Shown here one piece after another: positions 52,830 to 64,000 of a DNA stretch of 64,000 nt (position 1 is its first letter; every line of letters begins with the position of its first letter). The position numbers and the translations under genes were made by a program. Source of the DNA: Octopus sinensis. Taxonomy: Eukaryota. Where the stretch lies: the NCBI RefSeq assembly GCF_006345805.1, contig NC_043002.1:10788001-10852000 (forward strand), in the 5' to 3' direction. Under the pieces are notes generated by a model. The model was not told the DNA's origin. It saw nothing but the letters and a program-made list of their open reading frames with translations, and did no database searches.

Positions 52830-54310
52830 TAATATATGTTTGACTTTTGCTTTTCATTTGTACAAGTTGACTCCAAGTCTCACCCAGAGAGTTCAAGGGA
52901 CAACAAGTTAGAAGATCAAGTTGGTATTATGCCTCGGGTGTCATATATTTGGTTTTGTACTTAGTATTGTTCTAGTGAGTATTTAAGAAAACAAGGACAT
53001 TATGAGTTTTTCTTTAAAATTTGATATTTCATAAACAGTATTTTACGTAGGATATGGGCAGTTCTCGTGAACACTATCTTTTGAATTTCTGCCATTTTGC
53101 GGTTTCCTGGTATCCGAGCTAGATACCAATCAGCCCCTTTCGCTATCATTATTAGGGCACCTATGAAAACAGGTATTGTTTTAGTCTTCAGGTTCCACGT
53201 TTTGCCAATTTCTTTTTCGAGGTCTTTATACTCTCTCAGTTTTTAGTAGATGTTGACATACATTTATGACGATTGGGACAGTCATATAGATAAAGCCGTA
53301 TGATTTTGTCTGAAGTCTTTTACTATGATGCCTGGCCTATTCGCGTCTATCTTTCTGTAAGTTTGAACGGTAAAGTTCCAGACGATTGAGACGTTGTCAT
53401 TTTCAAGTACTGGAGGTGGTTTGTGTTCCTACCGGTTTTTATCATGGAGTAGGTCCAGGTTTTTGCAAATTACCCAGTAAATATATTGTGCAGCTCTATC
53501 ATGCCTGTTGAGATACTCTGTAGGCGCAAGAAGACTGCACATGGAGACAACATGATCAATGGTTTCATTTTGTTTTTTACAAACATGACATGTTGGGCTA
53601 TTGCCTGGTAGCTCCTTGTACGTGGGCATTGATCTTGGCCTGCTATAATAAACCATTCTGTTTCTGATTCTAAGCCAGAAGCCTCTCAGCATTGAAGGGT
53701 AAAGGCTTTATCAACATCGGTATTATTAGCTCTCTCTGGGTATTTCCTATTCAGAGATTGTTCTTGCCATTTATCAGGAAGAATATCTAAAGCAGCAGTT
53801 TTGGATCAGGTTTTCATAAGCTTAGCTTTTTCTGTACTTCTTTCCAGTACGTGTAACTCTGCGATTTGCTGCATTTGGAATTCACTTAGATATTCCTGTG
53901 CATGTTTTGTTACTACGTATGATGTTTTCTTGTTTTTGTGCTTTAAGACAAGTTTTAACATCCAGTCATCAGAGTTTTTCAGGTATGTGTTTAGGCCAAT
54001 TATGGCAATCTTCATTGTTAATTCCAACTGTAAAAGTCCACTGCCACCATATTTTCTTGGCAGGTAAAGTCGTTCTATATCTGCCTTGGGATGCTGCATT
54101 GTCAACAATTTTCATATTTTTCTGTCAAGATAACATATTTCAGTAATTGACCAGTTAATGATTTTGAAAATGTAAGTCACGAACAAGTATTGTTAAAGTA
54201 TTGATCGCTTCGATCCTGTTTCTTGAATTCAGCGTTGCCTTGAGTATTGTCCTTACCCTACGATAATATTCTTTTCTGATCCTTTCCCTCATCATTGAAT
54301 GTTTGATTCC
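52830..54310 (-). mobile_element. R4/Dong-type element, 5'-truncated and decayed
   Basis: HPKADIERLYLPRKYGG.GL, C..C...ETIDHVVSMC..LA..EY..RHD, and a RPGIIV.D restriction-like endonuclease remnant; bordered by (ATT)n. Confidence 0.85.
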
Positions 54311-54312
54311 AT

Positions 54313-54379
<67 letters not shown>

Positions 54380-54380
<1 letters not shown>

Positions 54381-56308
54381 TAGTTTTATTTTTATAGCGT
54401 GCTTTCACTTCACTACCGAGCGCAGCTCTGTGTGCCTTGGGTATGTGCTGTGATTTGTTGTGATGCTCTGATGGTTATTGTATGGAAAGTGTTCTGCGTA
54501 GGATGTGTGCAGTGCCTAGTAGTGCAATTTTCTGTATGTTATATGTGTTTGTAAGTCCTGGTGTTTTTGTTATGTATTTGTCTGAATATTTTTTTATCAT
54601 GCCTAATGCACCTACTATGATAGGAATTGTTTCTGTTTTCAGGTTCCACATTCTAGTTACCTCTATTTCCAGGTCTTTGTATTTTGAGAGTTTCTCCATT
54701 TCTTTTAGAGACACGTTGTCATCTGCCGGTATTGATACATCAATTAGAAAGCATTTTTTTCTTCATGATCTCTGACAACTATATCTGGTCTGTTGGCCTT
54801 AATTTCTCTATCTGTGTGTATCGGCATATCCCAGAGTATGGTTGCTTTCTCGTTTTCTGTGACCTTTTCTGGTGTGTGCCTATACCATCTTTTTTCTGTT
54901 GTTATTCCATGTTGGCATAGCTTCCAATGTATGTAAGTTCCAACTCTGTCATGTCTGTGTGAATATATTCCTTCTTAGCCAGGACTGGGCAGCTAGAGAT
55001 AATATGATTTATTGTTTCTTGTCCATCTCCACATATTCTGCAGTTACTTGTAATATTTCTTTTCATTACATGTTTTTGGTAATTTCTGGTGGGGAGGCTT
55101 TGGACTTGTGCTGCAATTAAAAATCCCTCTGTTTCTGCTTTGAGTCCTGAGCTTCTCAACCATTGCTGGGATTTTTCTTTGTCTATTTCTTTTGCGTTTA
55201 GTTTAGTGCAGTATTTACCATGAAGGGGTTTTTCTTGCCATCGTTTTATCATGGCTCGTTGCTGTTCTATTTTTAGTTTGGATTTCATTTGTTTTATAGC
55301 TTTTGTTGTTTCTTCATCATCTTCTTCTTCTTTGTGTTTATTAGGTGGTATGATTTCTTGTTTGTATTTGTCAGCTTCCTTAAATACTGAGAACAGTTTT
55401 TTTGTTTTGCTCGTGTTTTGCTGCTATCTGGATCATTTTCCCTTCCTTCTGAAGTAGGTATTTTTGCAGTCCTATGGTGGTTATTTTATAGTTTTCCATC
55501 TGTATAAGGCCTCTACCACCTTCTATACGTTGTATATATAGTCTTTCTATGTCAGATTTGGGTGATGCATCCTAGATCCTGTCAGTATTTTTCTTATTTT
55601 CCTATCTATTTTGGACAGTTCATTTCGTGTCCAGTTAAGGATATTGTAGCTGTAACTTATAACTGGGACAGCTAAAGTTTGATACCTATTATCTTGTTTT
55701 TAGCATTGAGCTCTGTTTTTAGTATTGATCTAACTCGTCTATAATATTCTTTTTTTATTTTCTCTTTCATTGTGTGTGTTGTGTCTTATCTAGTTCATGG
55801 ATTCCTAAGTATTTGTAAGTTTGGCTTTGGTCTAATTCTTTTATTTCATTGGTTTTATCTAGTGTGATGTTGTTACTCTTAACTAGTTTTCCTCTTTTCA
55901 GGGTTACTTTGGCGCATTTTTCCTATCCAAATTTCATATCTATTTCTTTGGTAAATCCATGAACTGTCTTTAATAGTGTTTCCAGTTGTTTGTCATTTGC
56001 AGCGTTATAGTTAGGTCATCCATATATAAAAGGTGGCTGATCGTTTTGCCGTAACATTTATATCCGCATCCAGTTCTATTTAGCATATCAGATAGAGGTG
56101 ACAGTGCCAAGCAGAAAAGAGTGGAGAGAGCGTGTCTCCCTGGAATATTCCTCTTCTAATGGGGATGTCTTTGGTTTTCATGAGTCCCTCTTTTGTTTGG
56201 AGGTGTAGGACTGTTTGCCATTTATTCATAGAGTGCTCTATGAATTTTATGATTGTTGGTGCTACTTTGTTAATGGCTAGTGTTTCGAGGATCCATGTGT
56301 GGGATCCA

Positions 56309-56310
<2 letters not shown>
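54380..56310 (-). mobile_element. R4/Dong-type element, 5'-truncated: RT, CCHC knuckle and restriction-like endonuclease
   Basis: RRGIFQGD.LSPL, HLLYMDD, CRICGDGQETINHIISSC, RPDIV...LIDVSIP...EKLSKYKDL; (ATT)n on both sides. Confidence 0.92.
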
Positions 56311-56365
<55 letters not shown>

Positions 56366-56403
56366 TATTATTATTATTATTATTATCATTATTATTATTA
56401 TTA

Positions 56404-56469
<66 letters not shown>

Positions 56470-56560
56470 CATTATTATTATTAATCATTATTATTATCGT
56501 TATTATTATTATTATTATCAATATCATTATCATTATCATTATTAGTATTATTATCATCAT
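56311..56560. repeat. (ATT)n/(ATC)n array
   Basis: Direct inspection; related arrays at 51997, 52258, 52738 and 54320. Confidence 0.95.
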
Positions 56561-56795
56561 TTATATACATATATAGACATATAATATATATATATATTAC
56601 GGAGATGTACTTGCATAGCAAGTGATTTGATCTGAGATCGTGTGCTGGAACGAAAACAATTGCAGCGTGGAAGGTGTTTGTAAGCCATTTAAGAAACACA
56701 CAAAGCCGTCCGATTCACTTCAACATTTAAGTTTACTTTGTCAAAATATTTTCGTCGCTAAAATCCGCGACCGTTTCACTGACAAAAGTCCGTGC

Positions 56796-56891
<96 letters not shown>

Positions 56892-57139
56892 GAGTGTGTT
56901 TTGTGCTTCTTCCCCAATACCACCTGACAAGCGCTGTTAATTTGTTTGCGTCCCGCTGACTTCGCGGTAACGACCGAAGAGATAAACAGAATAAGTCTCA
57001 GACCTGATATAAACACTGAAGTCAATTTGCTCAACTAAAGCCATCAAGGCGTTGCCCCAGCTGGGCCTCAATTCAACGACTCAACTGGCGAAAGATAAAT
57101 GAAGACACACACACACACACACACACTAATATGTATATA

Positions 57140-57186
<47 letters not shown>

Positions 57187-57507
57187 GTATATATATGTAT
57201 ATATATAAAACTGTATTCATATGTGTGCGTATGTAACTTGAAAGGAAATGTATTAATTAAATGATAATGATGAATAGTCTAAATATTGTTAATTATAGCA
57301 AAGGGCAGCTTCAACTTTGTTATTTATGAAAGTAATTATGTTGAGGAAACAAATGTACACGTTGTGATCAAACCTTGCATTGCTGGAGATAATAAGACAT
57401 TATGAAGAAGTAAAGGTTGTTCACTGCAGAGTATAGCAGTCGGATCACGAAGTGGTATTTATTAGAGAAGGAAGGTGAGAAAAAAAAGGGAAGAAGGCTA
57501 AAGAGAC

Positions 57508-57942
57508 AGGAAGAAGAAAGAAGAAGAAGAAGAAGGAGAAGAAGGAGGTGAAGAAGAAAAAGGAGGAGGAGAAGGAGAAGAAGGAGGAGGAGAAGGAGGA
57601 GAAGAAGAAGGTGGAGGAGGAGGAAAATCAGAAGAAGAATAGGAGGAGGAGGTGGAGGAGGGTGTGAAGGTGGAGGAGGTTGGAAAGGAGAAGTAGAAGG
57701 GGAGGTGGAGGAGGTGGAGGAGGAGGTGAAGTCGGAGGAGGTTGGAAAGGAGAAGAAGAAGAAGGGGCGATGGAGGAGGTGTGGGAGGAGGAGAGAAGAA
57801 GGAGGAGGAGGAGATGCTGGTGGTGGCGGAGGAGGAGGAAGTGGAGGAGAAGTAGGAGGAGAAGAAAAAGAAGGAGAAGAAGAGGAAGATGAAGAATGAG
57901 GAAGAGTAGAAGAAGAAGAAGAAGAAGAAGAAGAAGAAGAAG
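57508..57942. repeat. (GAA)n/(GGA)n purine-rich low-complexity tract
   Basis: Direct inspection. Confidence 0.95.
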
Positions 57943-58649
57943 GGGCCTTTCATGGGTTAAAAGGGGAAATGGAGTTAGATTCTGAAATGGTAAATGAACG
58001 ATATTCTAGCGGTCGGGATTTTTGCAGATGGAAACTGCAGGTTTAAAAGATATAATTACATATGAAAGAAAAAAAAACTGATGTTTTATAAAGAAAACGT
58101 TAGGAAACTACAGAGAGGCTGGGAAGTGAAAGGGACGGAGTAAATGTTAGCATAAAAGAAAATTCGGTGAACAGAGAAAACTTGGAAAATCCAAGATGTC
58201 GGGTATGTTTTAAGGAAAAATTAACATTAAAATTACATTAGGAGCTCTAAACGAAAAATAATGTTACCATTGTAAAAATGAGTCATCGTAAATTAGGAAG
58301 GTAGTATATTGGATGAAGGATTTTCAAGGTAAAACGGAAAATAAAATACAACTCGTAAGTTTATTCTGAAAGAACATAAAAACATTGTTAAATAAACTGT
58401 AAAGTCATGTTACTGAGAACAAAATTGATTCGTAAAGATCAGAGAGTGAAAAAAAATCGGTAATATGATTATGTTGAACTGTTAAAGAAATTAAAGGACG
58501 AAGAGTACAGTTAAGGTATAATATATAAAGAAGTTATTGAATAAGTACTGGATAATAGAGACATGATAAGTAAAGGCCTATAGAAGGTGGTGTAGTGTTT
58601 AAATATAGAGAAATGTTCGCTCAATAAAAGCTGTCAGATATCTTCAATA

Positions 58650-59060
58650 TTACTCTTTACTCTTTTACTTGTTTCAGTCATTTGACTGCGGCCATGCTGG
58701 AGCACCGCCTTAGTCGAGCAAATCGACCCCGGGGACTTATTCTTTGTAAGCCCCGTTATTTATTCTATCGGTCTCTTTCGCCGAACCGCTAAGTGACGGG
58801 GACGTAAACACACCAGCATCGGTTTGTCAAGCAATGCTAGGGGGACAAACACAGACACACAAACACATACACACACATACATATAGATTATACATATACG
58901 ACAGGCTTCTTTCAGTTTCCGTCTACCAAATCCACTCACAAGGCATTGGTCGGCCCGGGGCTATAGCAGAAGACACTTGCCCAAAATGCCACGCAGTGGG
59001 ACTGAACCCGGAACCATGTGGTTGGTTAGCAAGCTACTTACCACACAGCCACTCCTGCAC
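58650..59060 (-). mobile_element. SINE family A, full length
   Basis: Complete tail-to-head match. Confidence 0.92.
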
Positions 59061-59628
59061 CTAGTATGGGGATATAGTGAAGCGAAGGTCTCTGATATAT
59101 TTTGTGTTACCTAAATAAGGGATGAAGCTCTTCTTAAATATAGTTTGAGGCTCTGGGTTTATAATATAGATGGGATTCCGGGGAGCTGTACTAATACGAT
59201 GAAATTCCTTTGTTATATTTGGTAGATTACCTTTAGTATATACATTACATGTGTAATCTCTCGACCGTAAATTCTATGGTCTTTTGCTGCCAGCATATAA
59301 TAACTCAGCTCTCCTTCTTTCACTCTCCTTGTTCTTCTTCTCGTTCCTCTTCCTTGTCTTATCCTACTTTCTTCTCCGTAATTTTGTTTTTATTCTCTCT
59401 CTCTCTCTCTTTCTCTCTCGTTCTCCTTTTCAGCTTTTTGATCTCTCATTCATCTTATTCCTTTTTTCTCAATCTTCTCCCACTTCTTCCTTTCTTCTTT
59501 TTAACTTCTTCGCTTTTTGAGACATTTCATTGAAAGTGGCTTCCACTTCATAACGAAGCTTTCATTATGTACATACATATATGTGCGTGCGTGCACTCGG
59601 GCGTTTCTGCGTGTGTGTATGTATAAAA

Positions 59629-59692
<64 letters not shown>

Positions 59693-60456
59693 TACTGGCA
59701 TAAGTTTAACATTAACACATGTTAGGATAACGAATATTTAATACATATGAAGTGTTTTAATTATTAACTTTTGGGTTATGAAATGGTGTAATTGACTCGG
59801 AATTAGATATGTCCTTAGTTACGTTATGTTCAAACGAGTTTGTTTTGTTTTGGAAAGGATAGAATACAAGAGCTCTCACATTTATATCAATAACTATATA
59901 AGTCTAATGGGAATATTATCTGTATGGACTTCAAAGACTAGGTTGCTTATTGGGTAGACAATTCAGGAATTAGTTTTAGGTTTGCTTACATAATTTATTT
60001 ACTGTTACTGCTTTTGCACCTAGGGTAAATGCGTCTCTTTGGAGTAGTTCAATTGATAATGCTAGTGTTTAAACCTCTCTAGAATTAAAATTAAATGACT
60101 GTGGTGATATCTGAGGTATGTTTGTTCACAAACAACACTTATTTTAGTGCTGTTGAACACCGCTGGATTGAATGGTACTGCTCAGGTGTCAAAACCATAA
60201 TGATATCCGTGGGGCAGCTGATTATGGAGGTATGTTGGATTGTTGGTTTGGCTGTTATTATTGCGTGCGCGGAATGGTTTTACAAGACATCTACTTGATA
60301 TATATGCATATACATATATATACATATATACATACATACATACATATATATATATTATATCTATATATATGTGTGTGTGTGTGTGGTGTGTGGTATATAT
60401 ATATATATTCATACACAACACACACACACACACACCCACACACACAACACACATAT

Positions 60457-60489
<33 letters not shown>

Positions 60490-60699
60490 TATATTTATAT
60501 TCATACATATATACGTATACATTCGTTCATACATACACACGCAGAATATGTATATATATATTATATATATATATATATATCTATATAATTATATATATAT
60601 ATATGGAGGAGTGAGAGCCAGCTGGATAAATGAGGAACGGAGATGGTTTCCATCATTTGTAAGCTATTTCAAAAGCAATCTTCGATAAAGGAAGAAAAC

Positions 60700-61120
60700 A
60701 AATTTCGCAAACGATCACCGCGTAAACCAATCTGAAAACAATTTATTTTATGAATATCAGCTTAAAACTCAACTACTTATCATTCTACTCATAGACCGAA
60801 GATATTCAATCAACAAATTCTCTAATCTAAAATAGCTAATAACCTCGTCTGCTTCATATCGCCCAAAATTATGAGATGCTCTTCCTACGATATATTCATT
60901 GAAAGACATGCGTTACAAAGAAACTCCGAAAATTTGGGTACACATAAGTAATCAAATACAACATGGAAGAAACTGGTTATCAAAACAACTCATGAAAAGG
61001 AAGATAATATGGTACAATCCACCGCACAACATAGATGTAACAACATTTATAACAGAAATTTTTCTTCTACGAAATAAAAATATTCTAGTCTCATTAACAT
61101 CTCGCAGTATCAAATAAGAA
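60700..61120 (+). mobile_element. Penelope-like element remnant (RT-to-endonuclease linker)
   Basis: KRKIIWYNPPHNIDVTT resembles the Penelope RxIIWFNPP motif. Confidence 0.6.
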
Positions 61121-61839
61121 ACAACCAAAGATCAGAATTCTGAAAGCAGCAAAGTAGCATAAATAACATACACAATTATATGCTAAAATGTTACTGGCTT
61201 TGAGTAAAAGAAAATGCAGGAGGCTCAGTTAATTATGATTTTATTCAGCATATTCCCCTCTGAGATTCACACTCTTACATCAGCGGTCCTTCAGGTTTTC
61301 TAAGACCTGTAAAAGAACTCGAAAGGCTGGGCCTCCAACCAAGCTTTTTGCGATACCCTTAAAGCGAAGAACTTTTCAGCACACCCTCAACTCTCAGCTC
61401 TTGAGATCTGCTAAATATTTAGCAGATATCATATTAGTATTTATCAGATAAACAGATATGCTAAATACTAATATACATATATAGAAACCATGGTCTGGGA
61501 AATAATTGAGATGGTAAACGTTTTTAATTTTCATTCTTTTCGAGAATTTATCTTTAATTGGTGGTTTGAGTTTTCTACTGATCTTTCTAGCACAATGCTT
61601 TCCTATTTGGAAGCCTCTTGTATTTATATATATATATATATATATATAGGGAGAGTTTGCGGGAAAAAAAACAAAAGACGAAGACAGGTGGTGTACAAAA
61701 CAAACAAATGTATTAGTATAACGCTCAGGAATAGAAAAAGTCTTTTACGTTTCGAGCCTACGCTCTTCTACAGAAAAGGACACAGAAAACAAGGAGAGAA
61801 AAAATGTGTGTAGTGGCTAACGATCTATCATGGTGTCTG

Positions 61840-61901
<62 letters not shown>

Positions 61902-61926
61902 AGAGAGAGAGAGAGAGAGAGAGAGT

Positions 61927-61992
<66 letters not shown>

Positions 61993-62438
61993 TACATATA
62001 CATACATACATACATACATACATACATACATACATACATACATACATAAATACTTATTGGATTATTATTGGTATTTAAGACGCGAATTTTCGCAGACTGT
62101 CGAATAAGCTAAAGGGACAGGGAAAAAATCCAAGTGTACTAGAAAAGCTAAAAGTTCTGTGACAGCTGTTTCGAGAATCAAGTCAACAAAAGTTATCATT
62201 CAATGCGCTCCGAGTCGCTTGTTAAGATCATCCTAACGGTAAGTAGGAAGTGTAGAATAAGGGAACATGAGGTTGACAAAAACATCTGATTACTAACGAC
62301 ATTAAAAACCAGACTGGAAAGAAGAGTCTGACAGATTGTATGCAAGCAGAACCACACAGATGAAACCGGAGAATCTTGGCAAACTGATCCAGAGATGCAG
62401 AAAAGGTACCTATCTTATGGTTGACAACACAGACAGAC

Positions 62439-62804
<366 letters not shown>

Positions 62805-62928
62805 TATTTATATACAAATATATATAGAACTTCTTTTAAAAAAAGTTCCTACCGATAATGGTTATATTTACATACCGAAATCTACCCGTAAATAATTATA
62901 GGGTTTTTTAAAAAACTATTAATTACCC

Positions 62929-63320
62929 TTTTACTTGTTTCAGTCATTTGACTGCGGCCATGCTGGAGCACCGCCTTTAGTCGAGCAAATAGACCCCGGG
63001 ACTTATTCTTTGTAAACCCAGTACTTATTCTACCGGTCTCTTTTGCCGAACCGCTAAGTGACGGGGACGTAAACACACCAGCATCGGTTGTCAAGCAATG
63101 CTAGGGGGACAAACACAGACACACAAACAACACATACATACATATATATATATAATAATATATACGACAGATTCTTTCATTTTCCGTCTACCAATCCACT
63201 CACAGGCATTGGTCGGCCCGGGGCTATAGCCAAAGACACTTGCCCAAGATGCCACGCAGTGGGACTGAACCCGAACCATGTGGTTGTTAGCAAGCTACTT
63301 ACCACAACAGCCCTCCTGCA
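62929..63320 (-). mobile_element. SINE family A, full length
   Basis: Complete tail-to-head match. Confidence 0.9.
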
Positions 63321-63340
63321 CCTATTGTTTACCCTTATAT

Positions 63341-63417
<77 letters not shown>

Positions 63418-63436
63418 GAATGGATAGGTAGATAGG

Positions 63437-63482
<46 letters not shown>

Positions 63483-63504
63483 GTAGATAGATAGATAGAT
63501 AGAT

Positions 63505-63566
<62 letters not shown>

Positions 63567-63819
63567 TTTTTTGCCATCTTAGTTCTGTTAATCCTAGTTT
63601 CCTGCCTCATACTACGACAAAACTGTAAGAATGGAACTAAAGTATATTTGCAGTCATCCAAACAGAATATACTAGTAAATATCATATCATTATAAACATT
63701 TAATTATAACTGCCCTAGACATGAAATAGTGTGTCGTGAGTCTAGTTCTCATTAGTAGAAAAACGAAAGGGGAACTTTATGCAGAGAATACATAAGTATC
63801 AGTCGATCTATCTATCTAT

Positions 63820-63862
<43 letters not shown>

Positions 63863-64000
63863 GTGTGTGTGTGTGGTGTGTGTGTGTATGCGTGTATCAT
63901 TAGGAATTGTTGAAGATAAATCAAAACATACCGACTCAATTATCAATATTTATAATGGTCTCTATCCTCAACTTTCAATCTAGTCTAGATTAGTATATAC

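Noticed and set aside
61406-61474. 22-bp perfect palindrome and adjacent 13-bp inverted repeat
   Set aside because: Short and AT-rich; probably a local template-switch product with no sign of function.
62090-62420. Protein-like frame if all three stops are read as sense
   Set aside because: Needs five TGA=Trp in about 105 codons, and with all stops reassigned any frame is open.

Overview
AT-rich, repeat-saturated eukaryotic DNA whose SINE families look like those of octopus; no intact host gene was found. It holds many TA, CA, GATA and ATT microsatellites, several tRNA-derived SINE families, decayed non-LTR retrotransposons (Penelope-like, RTE, CR1-type, R4/Dong-type), a decayed Ty3/Gypsy element, mariner remnants and MITEs. 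Nearly all ORFs in the supplied track are microsatellite artefacts or TE remnants. Two things stand out. (1) Hammerhead ribozymes: a ~480-nt tandem repeat at 20.8-22.7 kb carries a type-I hammerhead in each full monomer and folds back on itself, and two further dispersed repeat families carry minimal hammerheads, one with a core variant shared by all four copies. (2) Islands of gene-like DNA that appear to use TAA/TAG as sense (Gln) codons and have very short GT-AG introns. The tandem paralogs at 2.2-3.8 kb give comparative evidence for this; the other islands are only suggestive. All alignments, folds and translations were done by eye and no database was searched.
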